Below, piece by piece: positions 26,623 to 36,051 of a stretch of DNA of 45,623 bases; position 1 is the first letter of the stretch, and each line of letters begins with the position of its first letter. Made by a program: the position numbers and the translations under genes. This DNA comes from an uncultured Bacteroides sp. Lineage in GTDB: Bacteria; Bacillota; Clostridia; Christensenellales; CAG-917. The notes below the pieces were generated by a model. That model was not told the origin of the DNA. It saw nothing but the letters and a program-made list of their open reading frames with translations, and did not search any database. The stretch covers positions 1 through 45,623 of the forward strand of contig CAZCKS010000004.1 of assembly GCA_964499325.1 (NCBI GenBank), written 5' to 3'.

Positions 26623-26958
26623 TTATTTGATACGTTCGAGCGCCGTTAAGACAAATTGTTTATTTGTGGGCTTTCCCTTGTTCTCATCAAGCGTTTCGCC
26701 AAATTCTTTATATAAAATATTGACGTCGCCTCGAAGCCATGCAGATGAAATGGCATTTTGAATATCCTTTTCAATGCTTTGTGTATCGACGCCAAAATCC
26801 TTTGACAAATGATTATATCCGCTATATTTGAGCGGTAAAATATCTTCGCCGTCAAGGGCATAGGCTATCAATCTTGACAGTAGATGATAGCCTTTTAGAT
26901 TGGGTTGAAACCCTAGTTGCAACAAATATTTTTTTGCTTTCGCTTCGTTTTCTTTCAC
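26623..26958 (-). CDS. Stand-alone Spo0A C-terminal DNA-binding-domain protein (111 aa, no receiver domain)
   Basis: LGFQPNLKGY, IEKDIQNAISSAWLRG, FG..KGKPTNKQF align by eye to the Spo0A C-domain; GTG start at 26958 inferred. Confidence 0.8.
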   Translation of the reverse strand: MKENEAKAKKYLLQLGFQPNLKGYHLLSRLIAYALDGEDILPLKYSGYNHLSKDFGVDTQSIEKDIQNAISSAWLRGDVNILYKEFGETLDENKGKPTNKQFVLTALERIK

Positions 26959-27034
26959 GCAAATATAATAGTTTTTTTTGAGACCAAATATTTGACAAAA
27001 AGCAAAAGAAATCCGCTCATTTTGCCTCAATTTG

Positions 27035-27063
27035 TCATACTTGCATTTTGTGGCGAATAAAGT
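27035..27063 (+). promoter_or_regulatory. sigE-type promoter of spoIIM, predicted leaderless
   Basis: TCATA-N16-AATAAAGT, then 5 nt to ATG 27069; no SD. Confidence 0.6.
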
Positions 27064-27068
27064 TCTAT

Positions 27069-27662
27069 ATGTCGTATTCAACGCGATTTTGTTCTGTAAA
27101 ATCTCAAATAAAACGCTTTTTCGCCCTCAACAAAAAGATAATTGTGTGCGCGATTGTAATATTTATCGTCGGTGCTTTATCAGGGATATTTTCGTGCTTA
27201 AGGGCGGTGGATGGAGAATTTGAACAAATACCTGCTAAAGATGCCGACATAGCAGGCGCGCGTGTGTTTTTTTATTCCTTGCTTGCGCTCATTGTCTGTT
27301 ATGCCTTGATATTAATATCCGGAAGCAGTAACAAAACCGCATTGCTTGCAATAATTCCGTTTTTCCTTGACGGATTTTTGCTTGGTCGCTATGCGTGTGC
27401 ACTGCTTGGCAGATATTCGACTTTGGGATTGTTAAATTTGCTGTTTGCATATCTTCCGTTCTTTGTTGCCACGCTTGTATGCTTTGTGCTTTCAATGATT
27501 GCCGTTATGCAACCAAATTGTGCAAATACCGCTAAAAGCGGTATTCTAAAGCAGTCTTTTATCGATGTTTTAAAAATTTTCGGAATTAATATAGCAATAT
27601 CTTTTGTGTTGTTTGTGTTAATTGGCGCAATTTACGGAGTGGTAGTAGTCGAAGTTTATTGA
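27069..27662 (+). CDS. spoIIM: Multi-TM protein, probable SpoIIM
   Basis: About 197 aa, about 5 TM segments, F..G..SG and GFLLG patterns, upstream of dacF, sigE-type promoter. Confidence 0.6.
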   Translation: MSYSTRFCSVKSQIKRFFALNKKIIVCAIVIFIVGALSGIFSCLRAVDGEFEQIPAKDADIAGARVFFYSLLALIVCYALILISGSSNKTALLAIIPFFLDGFLLGRYACALLGRYSTLGLLNLLFAYLPFFVATLVCFVLSMIAVMQPNCANTAKSGILKQSFIDVLKIFGINIAISFVLFVLIGAIYGVVVVEVY

Positions 27663-27668
27663 TTTTTG

Positions 27669-27697
27669 GTATATTTTTGTCGCTCTTTCGCACGCTA
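27669..27697 (+). promoter_or_regulatory. sigF/sigG-type promoter of dacF
   Basis: GTATA-N15-CGCACGCTA. Confidence 0.5.
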
Positions 27698-27718
27698 TAA
27701 GAAAAACGTGAGGTAGAT

Positions 27719-28921
27719 ATGAAAAGCGACGTTTTATTGAAAAACAAAATTTTTGCGATATTGGCGTCCGTGCTATTACTTGCAATGTTTCTTTCGACGT
27801 CTATTTTGACATTAGCGTGTGACGGCAATATTTGCAATGCTCAAAGCACGGATTTCAAAAGCGTTGGCAAGTCCGCCTTTATGATAGACGGTGCGACGGG
27901 TACAGTGCTTTATTCTCGCAACGAAAACGAAAGATTGCCTATTGCAAGCATGGTAAAAATCATGACGGCATTATTGACTCTTGAGGAAATCGACGAGGGT
28001 AGATTGAGTCTTGCCGACGAGGTGAGAGTGAGTGAAAACGCATCCTCTATGGGCGGTTCGCAAGTGTTTTTAGACGCAAACACCACTCACATTGTGAGTG
28101 ATTTGCTAAAAAGCGTTATCGTAGCGTCTGCAAATGACTCTTGTGTTGCACTTGCCGAGCATATTAGCGGAAGTGTCGAGGACTTTGTGGATAAAATGAA
28201 CGCTCGTGCTAAAACTTTGGGTATGCAAAATACCTCTTTTAAAAACTGTACGGGATTGCCTGCGCCTGAAAGTTTTTCAAGCGCAAAGGATGTGTCCGTA
28301 ATGTTTAGAGAACTCATAAAGCATCCAACATTCTTTGAATATGCCAAAGTCTGGCTTGAAGATTATCTGCATCCCGACGGCAGAAAGACGACCATGACCA
28401 ACACCAATAAACTTGTGCGTTTCTATGAAGGATGCGACGGAGGAAAGACGGGATTTACGAGTGAGGCAAAGTTCTGTCTTTGCGCAACCGCAGTGAAAAA
28501 GGGAATGCGCGTTATAGCGGTTGTCATAGGCGCGGATAGTTCCAGGGTGCGCAATTCGGCTGTTAGCGGCATGTTCGATTATGCTTTTGCCAATTATTCC
28601 AACAAGGTGCTTTTGAAGGCAGGTGAAACACTGGATAAAAGTGTTGACGTTGTCGGATCTAAAACAAAGCAAATAAAGTTATGCGCCGACCGAGATTTGA
28701 CAAGGTTATTGTCAAAAGAGGACGCCGATGCCTATGATGTGAGATACGATTTGCCAGCAAAAATTACCGCTCCGATAAGCGTTGGAGACAATATAGGCAA
28801 GGCATATCTTGTGCGCAACGGCGAGGTTGTGGATAGCGTAAACATTATTGCACAAAACACTGCCGAACGTCTAAATCTGTTCGACGCTATAGGCGAAATC
28901 GCAAAGGAATGGTCAACCTAA
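27719..28921 (+). CDS. dacF: D-Ala-D-Ala carboxypeptidase, forespore type
   Basis: SMVK, SMGGSQVFL, SAND, NTNKLVRFY, KTG. Confidence 0.9.
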   Translation: MKSDVLLKNKIFAILASVLLLAMFLSTSILTLACDGNICNAQSTDFKSVGKSAFMIDGATGTVLYSRNENERLPIASMVKIMTALLTLEEIDEGRLSLADEVRVSENASSMGGSQVFLDANTTHIVSDLLKSVIVASANDSCVALAEHISGSVEDFVDKMNARAKTLGMQNTSFKNCTGLPAPESFSSAKDVSVMFRELIKHPTFFEYAKVWLEDYLHPDGRKTTMTNTNKLVRFYEGCDGGKTGFTSEAKFCLCATAVKKGMRVIAVVIGADSSRVRNSAVSGMFDYAFANYSNKVLLKAGETLDKSVDVVGSKTKQIKLCADRDLTRLLSKEDADAYDVRYDLPAKITAPISVGDNIGKAYLVRNGEVVDSVNIIAQNTAERLNLFDAIGEIAKEWST

Positions 28922-28963
28922 TAGACGTGAGGGAAGAATTCCTCTTGCAAATATCTATAGATT

Positions 28964-28985
28964 AAACCGCTTTAAGCGGTTTTTT
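28964..28985 (+). terminator. Terminator after dacF
   Basis: AAACCGC-TTTAA-GCGGTTTTTT. Confidence 0.75.
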
Positions 28986-29127
28986 CTTATGATTTTGCAA
29001 TGTTTTCAGCGACTGTGAATGATATAAGAATTTAAAAGCAAATTGCTTTTTTGCGGTAAAATGCCATTGATGATACACTTTGCCAAAATTTGTTCCGCTT
29101 TAATGTTTTAGCGAGATATATTTATTA

Positions 29128-29156
29128 TTGACAAATTGTCCGAGAGATATTACAAT
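29128..29156 (+). promoter_or_regulatory. sigA promoter of the ABC transporter
   Basis: TTGACA-N17-TACAAT. Confidence 0.7.
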
Positions 29157-29225
29157 AACTAACAGTGTTAGATAAGGCGCGATAGCGGTTTGTCTTACAT
29201 TTCAAATTATGGTAAGGAGAAAAAT

Positions 29226-32066
29226 ATGCTTACACTTAGAAATATAGTAAAGTGCTACGGCGAGGGAGAAAACGAGGTACAGGCGTTAAAGGGTATATCG
29301 ATTTCTTTCAGACGTTGTGAATTTGTATCCGTTTTGGGACAATCGGGATGTGGAAAAACGACATTGCTTAACATTGTCGGCGGATTGGATAGGGCGACAT
29401 CGGGAGAATTGTTGCTCAACGGCACGTCGACGGACGGCTTTAATGACAACGATTGGGATGATTATCGAAATAGCAAAATCGGTTTTGTTTTTCAAAACTA
29501 CAATTTGATTCCGCATCTCAACATTCTCACTAACGTGGAACTTGCCTTGACTATCTCCGGTGTAAAGAGCGGAGAAAGGGAACAGCGTGCAAGAAAAGCG
29601 CTTGAAATGGTCGGGCTTGAGAATAAATGGAACAAACGTCCCAATCAACTATCAGGCGGTCAAATGCAAAGAGTCGCCATAGCGAGAGCGATAGTCAACG
29701 AGCCTGAAATTTTGCTTGCCGACGAGCCTACGGGCGCAATAGACAGCGATACGTCCATACAGATTATGGACATTCTCAAAGAGATTTCCAAGACGAAACT
29801 TGTGGTGATGGTTACGCACAATGCCGAACTTGCTGAAAAGTATTCCACAAGAGTCGTAAGATTTTTGGACGGCGAAATTATTGACGATACCGATCCGTTT
29901 GAAGAGGGTATCAATGTAGATGATACAAGTGAAACTGCAACGAACAAAGATGTTGAAGGCGTTTCGGAAGGTGCGTTGGAAATAGTGTCGGACAATGAAG
30001 CATCTGCTGACAATAAATCCGATAAGAAAGAGCACAAAAAGAGGACAAAACATAAAAAGGCTATGACAATGTCCTTTTTCACGGCAGTGAAACTTTCTTG
30101 GAAGAATCTTATAAACAAGAAAGGTCGAAGCATTCTTACGGCAATCGCAGGCAGTATAGGCATTATAAGTATTGCGTTGATACTTGCAGTCAACAACGGC
30201 TTTAACGGATACATAAGCGATTTTGAGCGCAAGTCAATGTCCAAATATCCCATAACCGTATCCACAGGTGAAGATTCCGTCGTGTCGACGTTTGAAGAGT
30301 TTTTGGGTGGAGACCAACTTGACGGCGATTCACTCAATCTTGGAAGCGTTCTTGAGGCTCTCACGAGTGAAAATCTCGACAGAGAGAAGTATACCGATGC
30401 GCAATGGGTGTACATATACGGACAGTTTGCAAGTTTGTTCCAGTCCATGCAAGAGACGATGACCAAGACGACGGATATTTCAAAATTTAAGGAATACGTC
30501 GAGAGCGAGTTCGATTACGACCTTGCGAAAGTCAGATATGATTATTCCATAAACATGACCATTTATGGCAAGAAGATTACCACGGACGAGGAGACGAATG
30601 AGGAAATTGTATCCTACAATTTGATTAATCCGCTTTCCGAAAGTTCCGCGCTTGAACCGCTCTTGAAGATGATGACGGGTTCATCTGAGGACCAAAGCAA
30701 TGCGGACAAAATCAAGATTGCTCTCGACGCATTCGCATTCTGGGACGAGATTATTGCCGACGATGAGACCATAAGCGCGCAATACGACGTTTTGAAGGGG
30801 CATTTGCCTGAAAATATGAATGAAATCGTGCTTGTGGTTGATGAATATAATCAGATTACCGACTTTGACGCCGTTACTCTTAACGATATGGATATAACGA
30901 CGCTTATCTATAGCATTATGGGCAGTGAGGACAAACTCTCCGAATATGACAAAACATTTGACGACATTCTCGGCAGAGAATACTATGTTTTGCCCACGAG
31001 TGCAGGATATGTGCTAAATGCTGAAACAGGACTTTATGACAGCGTAAAAGAAAAGGGCGGAGATACTATTAAAAACATAATCGAAAGCAGTGCTATACCC
31101 GTGAGAATTTCAGGTATCGTGAGAGCGAAAGAGGGGTATAGCGGCTGCATAAACGGCGTTATTGGCTATACGTCGGAACTTGGCAATTACATTATCAACA
31201 ATGCAAACGAAAGTGCGATTGCTGTGCAATATAAGCAAATGTACGACAAATACATTAATGCATTGCAAGTTGTTTCCGACATGGTGGACAAGAGAATAGA
31301 CAACCCCGATTATAAGCCGAATATGGAAGAAACAATGGCAGGATTGACGGTTAAAGAGGGGCTTAAAAATCTTGTTACTGGAGAGAGTATCGAGGTGTCC
31401 GCATACAAGAATATTCTCAAAAATCTTAATGTAAGAGATTTTAATTGCCCGTCATATATCTATTTTTATCCTAACCGTGTTGCCGATAAGGACAAAATCG
31501 TATCATTTATAAAGGATTTCAACGACAATCAAAAGATGGTCGAAGACGAAGAAGCAAAGAGAGCGGAGGAAGAAGGAGAAGATGTTTCCACCATAACGTA
31601 CGTAATCGAATGGACGGATAATCTTGACTCTGTTATCGGTGAATTGAATGCGATTGTCAATACCATAACTTATGTGCTTGTCGGCGTTGCGTGCGTGTCG
31701 GTCATAGTCACGATGTTCCTAATTGCGATAATAATGTATATTTCGGTGCAAGACAGAACGAGAGAAATCGGCATTATGCGTGCAATCGGCGCACGAAAGA
31801 GCGATATTTCCAACATATTTAATGTGGAAACAATGCTTTTGGGCTTGGCGTCGGGACTTATTGGCGCATTGATTGCGTTTATATTGCAATATCCCTGCAA
31901 TTTGATTTTCAGAAACGCGCTGAATATGTCAAATCTCTTGCAAATGGCATGGTGGCATCCGCTCGTGCTTGTGGGCGGAGCGATAGTGATTACTGTTGCG
32001 TCGGGGCTTATCCCGGCAGCGCTTGCTGCGAAGAAAGAACCGGTTGTTGCTTTGCGCACGGAATGA
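29226..32066 (+). CDS. MacB-like ABC transporter (ATPase fused to FtsX-type permease)
   Basis: GQSGCGKT, LSGGQ, LADEP, VTH; one TM, large extracellular domain, then three TM with RTREIGIMRAIGA; ATG 29226 after AAGGAG. Confidence 0.92.
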   Translation: MLTLRNIVKCYGEGENEVQALKGISISFRRCEFVSVLGQSGCGKTTLLNIVGGLDRATSGELLLNGTSTDGFNDNDWDDYRNSKIGFVFQNYNLIPHLNILTNVELALTISGVKSGEREQRARKALEMVGLENKWNKRPNQLSGGQMQRVAIARAIVNEPEILLADEPTGAIDSDTSIQIMDILKEISKTKLVVMVTHNAELAEKYSTRVVRFLDGEIIDDTDPFEEGINVDDTSETATNKDVEGVSEGALEIVSDNEASADNKSDKKEHKKRTKHKKAMTMSFFTAVKLSWKNLINKKGRSILTAIAGSIGIISIALILAVNNGFNGYISDFERKSMSKYPITVSTGEDSVVSTFEEFLGGDQLDGDSLNLGSVLEALTSENLDREKYTDAQWVYIYGQFASLFQSMQETMTKTTDISKFKEYVESEFDYDLAKVRYDYSINMTIYGKKITTDEETNEEIVSYNLINPLSESSALEPLLKMMTGSSEDQSNADKIKIALDAFAFWDEIIADDETISAQYDVLKGHLPENMNEIVLVVDEYNQITDFDAVTLNDMDITTLIYSIMGSEDKLSEYDKTFDDILGREYYVLPTSAGYVLNAETGLYDSVKEKGGDTIKNIIESSAIPVRISGIVRAKEGYSGCINGVIGYTSELGNYIINNANESAIAVQYKQMYDKYINALQVVSDMVDKRIDNPDYKPNMEETMAGLTVKEGLKNLVTGESIEVSAYKNILKNLNVRDFNCPSYIYFYPNRVADKDKIVSFIKDFNDNQKMVEDEEAKRAEEEGEDVSTITYVIEWTDNLDSVIGELNAIVNTITYVLVGVACVSVIVTMFLIAIIMYISVQDRTREIGIMRAIGARKSDISNIFNVETMLLGLASGLIGALIAFILQYPCNLIFRNALNMSNLLQMAWWHPLVLVGGAIVITVASGLIPAALAAKKEPVVALRTE

Positions 32067-32238
32067 TTGTAATCTTTAAAATAACGTAATGTTAAGGACG
32101 GTGCCTATAAGGTGCCGTCTTTGATGTGAAAGGAATTAATTAAGTATAGATTGTGCTACAAATGGCGGAATTTGCGATTTATTTTGACTTTTTCGCACAC
32201 GTGTGGTAATATCTTAATGTTATAAATATAGGTGTAGT

Positions 32239-33129
32239 ATGGCAGAAGAGATTTTGACAAACGAAGATGCGATAGAAGAGTTGTTGCAAGATGACGTGCA
32301 ACTTGGCGCAGAAGTTGTCGAGCCCGAAGTTATCGAGGGCGATTTTGTCATTGCAAAACCTGAAATTCATTACCATATCGGCGATTTTGACGGGCCTATT
32401 CCTTTGCTTTACGAACTTATTAAAAGTGCGAAAATCGAGATTGAGGACATCTTTATTTCTGAAGTTACAAGCCAGTATGTGCAAATCATCAAGAATACTC
32501 CGAAGGAGGAACTTGACTTTGATTATGCCGGTGAGTTTATCACTATGGCGGCTGAACTTGTGTATCTAAAATCCATCCGCACTTTGCCCAAAGAGGATGA
32601 GGAAATCACAGAGGACGATCCCGAATATGAGCGCATGTTACTTATCAATAAGATTAAGGAATATGCCTTGCTTGTCGAGCAGAGTAAGAAACTTAAAGAG
32701 ATTGAGACAATAAACCGTTTTTATCGTGCACCGATGTACACTGAAAAGGACTATAGAGTTGCACTTGTCAATTTCTCTTTGCCAAAACTTGTTGATGCCT
32801 TTGCCAGGGTTCTTGCAAACGCCGCTATTCAAGAAAAAGCGGTTATCCCCAAAAAAGTTGTCAAGGACAGGTTCTCCGTGCACGAACAGATGGAAAATAT
32901 CCGCCTTATGATAAGCGTGCGCAAGCAAATGAAATTTACCGATTTATTCGAGCCGGATTACGATAAGGGCGATATTGTAACTACGTTCCTTGCTATGCTT
33001 GAACTGCTCAAATATGGCAGATTGAGAGCGGAGCAAGACGAAGTGTTCGGAGAGATTACGATTTATGCGATAGAAGGCACTGAAGATACGCCGATTGTGT
33101 TTGAGGAGGGCGACGATGGAAAATATTGA
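32239..33129 (+). CDS. scpA: Segregation and condensation protein A (kleisin)
   Basis: FDGP..LL, AGEFITMAAEL, IVTTFLAMLEL; promoter TTGACT-N17-TAATAT at 32184-32212. Confidence 0.92.
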   Translation: MAEEILTNEDAIEELLQDDVQLGAEVVEPEVIEGDFVIAKPEIHYHIGDFDGPIPLLYELIKSAKIEIEDIFISEVTSQYVQIIKNTPKEELDFDYAGEFITMAAELVYLKSIRTLPKEDEEITEDDPEYERMLLINKIKEYALLVEQSKKLKEIETINRFYRAPMYTEKDYRVALVNFSLPKLVDAFARVLANAAIQEKAVIPKKVVKDRFSVHEQMENIRLMISVRKQMKFTDLFEPDYDKGDIVTTFLAMLELLKYGRLRAEQDEVFGEITIYAIEGTEDTPIVFEEGDDGKY

Positions 33130-33814
33130 GAATGTTGTTGAGGCAATTATATTTGCAAGTGGTTCTGCGATTTTGAAGAGTGATATTTGCGAAAAAGTGC
33201 CTGAATTGACTACGCAAAAACTCAATTCGATAATCAAGTCCTTGCAAAAGAGATATTCGGATAATTGTGGCATTGTCCTTGCGGAGTTTAACGGCAAGGT
33301 GCAGTTTATGTCCAATCCCAAATATGGTGAGACTCTTGCGGACGTGCTCACGCCTCTTCGTGAAAAGGAACTTACCAAAACACTGCTTGAAGTTCTTGCG
33401 ACGATTGCATACAAACAGCCGATTACCCGTCTTGAAATAGATGAGATGAGAAGCAATGTCAACTCGGAATATGCGCTTTCAGGACTTTTAAAGGCAGGTC
33501 TTATAGAGGCTGTTGGAAGAAAGGAAACCGTCGGTAGACCATTGCTTTACGGGACAACGGATGAGTTTTTGAAGAAATTTCAAATTTCAAGCATAGACGA
33601 TTTGCCTGACTATGACGAAGTGCTTGAAAAACTTATGATTATCAATGCGCCTGCACAAGATACACTTTTCCATACAAGAACAATCCTTGACGAGGATGAA
33701 AATCTTGTAGAACAACAACAAATTGCGCAGGTTGCCGCCGATTCCGTTGAGGAAGAAGACGCCGACGAAATCCCCGAATTTCTTGAAGGCGAGCAATTTG
33801 AGGTCTTTGATTGA
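33116..33814 (+). CDS. scpB: Segregation and condensation protein B
   Basis: EAIIFA, IAYKQPITR, GRPLLYGTTDEFL; SD GAGGAGG. Confidence 0.95.
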   Translation: MENIENVVEAIIFASGSAILKSDICEKVPELTTQKLNSIIKSLQKRYSDNCGIVLAEFNGKVQFMSNPKYGETLADVLTPLREKELTKTLLEVLATIAYKQPITRLEIDEMRSNVNSEYALSGLLKAGLIEAVGRKETVGRPLLYGTTDEFLKKFQISSIDDLPDYDEVLEKLMIINAPAQDTLFHTRTILDEDENLVEQQQIAQVAADSVEEEDADEIPEFLEGEQFEVFD

Positions 33815-33852
33815 TTTTCATTTGACGTATTTAGAATGCCAAAAAACTTATT

Positions 33853-33880
33853 GCGGACATTAATATGTCCGCTTTATTTT
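33853..33880 (+). terminator. Terminator after scpB
   Basis: GCGGACAT-TAAT-ATGTCCGC-TTTATTTT. Confidence 0.75.
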
Positions 33881-33977
33881 ACTCAATTTTAATTTTGCTT
33901 ATGTTCACAGTTAATAGCGTTTTGTTTTGCGATGATTATTAATAAATAAAAATGTGAATTTTGCACACTTTATTTCT

Positions 33978-34436
33978 ATGGAGTGGCTTTTAATTGTTGT
34001 GGAAGCATTGTTGCTGCTTTTGTTTTATCCCTTCAAGATAACCATAAAAGCGCACGCCGTATTGCAAACGGGAAAAGTGCAAGTGGATATAGGCGCAATG
34101 TCACTACGGCTTATAAAAGTGCGCATAAATGTGCTTGACGGACTTATAACAATTAACGGGAAGCAGCGTAAAGGTCATAATAGTAAAATAAGTATTTCGC
34201 TAATATTAAGGTATATATCGCGTGAAAAATTGCTAAAAAAGGAGAATTTGAGCGTTGTGTATTCTGTTTGCGATGCAAAACAAAAGGCGATGATTTATGC
34301 ATTGGCGTCTATTATTCCGTTTGTAAGCAATGTATATGCGCTACAGAATGGCTCAAATGCCTGCCTTGACGGAGATGTTCGCGCAAGAGTAAGTATTGTT
34401 CAGATTGCAGAACTTTTATGTTACTGTACTAAATAA
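33978..34436 (+). CDS. Membrane-anchored hypothetical protein in the ytfI (DUF2953-like) position
   Basis: N-terminal TM segment ending in FYPFKI; directly upstream of ytfJ; assignment by synteny. Confidence 0.55.
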   Translation: MEWLLIVVEALLLLLFYPFKITIKAHAVLQTGKVQVDIGAMSLRLIKVRINVLDGLITINGKQRKGHNSKISISLILRYISREKLLKKENLSVVYSVCDAKQKAMIYALASIIPFVSNVYALQNGSNACLDGDVRARVSIVQIAELLCYCTK

Positions 34437-34449
34437 ATGAAGGTGTAAT

Positions 34450-34791
34450 ATGCAGACATTTGATGATGTTATAAAGAGATTGTCGCAGTCTATTAAACAA
34501 TCGACGGAAGATTTTGAGGTTGTCGGAAAGCCTATTGCTTGCTGTGACGGTAGCGTTGTTTTGCCGATAAGTAAAATAAGTATCGGTTTTGTAGGTGGTG
34601 GCAGTGAAGTTGAAAATGGCAAAAATATGAAAGCGCCGACGGAGATCGGAGGCGGTGGAGTGAGTATAATGCCAATGGGATTTCTATTTTGCGGTGCGCA
34701 AAAGAAGTATGTATCAGTTGACAATGCGACGGATAATAAATGGGCGGACTTTGCTCGCAGTGCATTGAATTTACTGAAGAAAGACGATTAA
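34450..34791 (+). CDS. ytfJ: Sporulation/germination protein YtfJ (GerW)
   Basis: VVGKPI, LPISKISIGFVGGGSE, GGGGVSIMPMGFL. Confidence 0.88.
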   Translation: MQTFDDVIKRLSQSIKQSTEDFEVVGKPIACCDGSVVLPISKISIGFVGGGSEVENGKNMKAPTEIGGGGVSIMPMGFLFCGAQKKYVSVDNATDNKWADFARSALNLLKKDD

Positions 34792-34803
34792 AAGGGGTGT
34801 GTT

Positions 34804-35910
34804 ATGAGTGAGGGGATGAGAAAACTAATAATTATGGCGGTTTTTACGCTTGTGCTGACAGGTGCGTTAATTGGTTGTTTTTCGGGCGCAAAATGCGATG
34901 TTTTGCCCAAAAGTATTCTAAAAAACATCAAAAACTATAATTCTTACAATCAAATATCCGTTAAAAAATCGGTTGAAAAAGAGAATTGTTGCAATGGTGT
35001 AAGTGTGCATATAGACGATGATTTAGAGAAAAGTATTCAAAGTGCAAGTGTAGGCGGTGCGTCAAAAATTGTAATGGAGCAATCTTCTCGTCGCGTGCTT
35101 TATGACGTTGACGGTAATGTAAGGCGTTATCCCGCAAGTACGACGAAAATTTTGACTGCGCTTTGTGTGCTTGAAAACTGCACCTTAAGTGATATTGTCG
35201 AAGTTCCTAAAGAGGCAGAGGGCGTCGAAGGTTCCTCTTTATACCTCAGATGCGGAGACAAAATCAGTGTTGAGGACTTGCTTTACGGTCTTATGTTGCG
35301 TAGCGGAAACGATTGCGCGGTTGCGCTCGCAATTAAAACTAGCGGTAGCGTGGATAATTTTGTGGAAATTATGAATGAAAAAGCCCTTGAAATCGGTGCT
35401 GAAAACTCTCATTTTGTCAATCCGCACGGCTTGCATGATGATAATCACTATGTTACTGCATACGATTTAGCGCTTATATGCGCAAAAGCATACGAAGGAG
35501 AGGATTTTTGCCGAATTGTAAGCACTAAAAAGAGAAAAATCGTTGTAAACGGCGAGGATAGATATATCGCAAACAAGAACAAAATGCTGTCTTCCTATTC
35601 GGGTGCAAACGGAGTAAAGACCGGCTATACGAAAAGAAGCGGACGATGTCTTGTATCGGGCGCAAAAAGAGACGGGATGCAACTTATATCGGTGGTGCTT
35701 AACTGTCCTGACATGTGGATTGATACAGTTAGAATGCTTGATTTTGCATTTGACAACTATGTTATGCAACCGCTTGACAATGCGCTATTATCTTGTGGCG
35801 ATAAGGAAATCAACGTGGTTTTTCCGCAAAACGCAACAACGGATTGGTGTGATATTTATTATCCTGTAAGGCGAGACGGAAGCGAAAAACTGATAATTAA
35901 AAGTGCTTAA
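34804..35910 (+). CDS. dacB: D-Ala-D-Ala carboxypeptidase, spore-cortex type
   Basis: ASTTK, EGSSLYL, SGND, NPHGL, KTG; follows ytfJ. Confidence 0.85.
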   Translation: MSEGMRKLIIMAVFTLVLTGALIGCFSGAKCDVLPKSILKNIKNYNSYNQISVKKSVEKENCCNGVSVHIDDDLEKSIQSASVGGASKIVMEQSSRRVLYDVDGNVRRYPASTTKILTALCVLENCTLSDIVEVPKEAEGVEGSSLYLRCGDKISVEDLLYGLMLRSGNDCAVALAIKTSGSVDNFVEIMNEKALEIGAENSHFVNPHGLHDDNHYVTAYDLALICAKAYEGEDFCRIVSTKKRKIVVNGEDRYIANKNKMLSSYSGANGVKTGYTKRSGRCLVSGAKRDGMQLISVVLNCPDMWIDTVRMLDFAFDNYVMQPLDNALLSCGDKEINVVFPQNATTDWCDIYYPVRRDGSEKLIIKSA

Positions 35911-35929
35911 AATTTTGCTTTGAAATTTT

Positions 35930-35954
35930 GTCGCACGCTTGTGCGACGTTTTTT
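35930..35954 (+). terminator. Terminator after dacB
   Basis: GTCGCAC-GCTT-GTGCGAC-GTTTTTT. Confidence 0.75.
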
Positions 35955-36051
35955 ATTTTTATTTGCTATCTTGCTAATTCGCTTGCGACTTTATAATATT
36001 TTGTGTATACTTTGTTTATTAAAATCGCGCTGTATGGCGCGCGGAGAATTT

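Noticed and set aside
26959-27081. N-terminal extension of the Spo0A-like ORF as a degenerate receiver domain
   Set aside because: Only 41 codons, reads like translated promoter DNA and overlaps the divergent spoIIM promoter and start
35920-36051. ORF-track upstream starts (also 3051, 5541, 5764, 15022, 22035, 27048, 29190, 33095, 43421)
   Set aside because: The extensions cross terminators, promoters or the upstream gene; downstream starts match family N-termini and SD or leaderless signals
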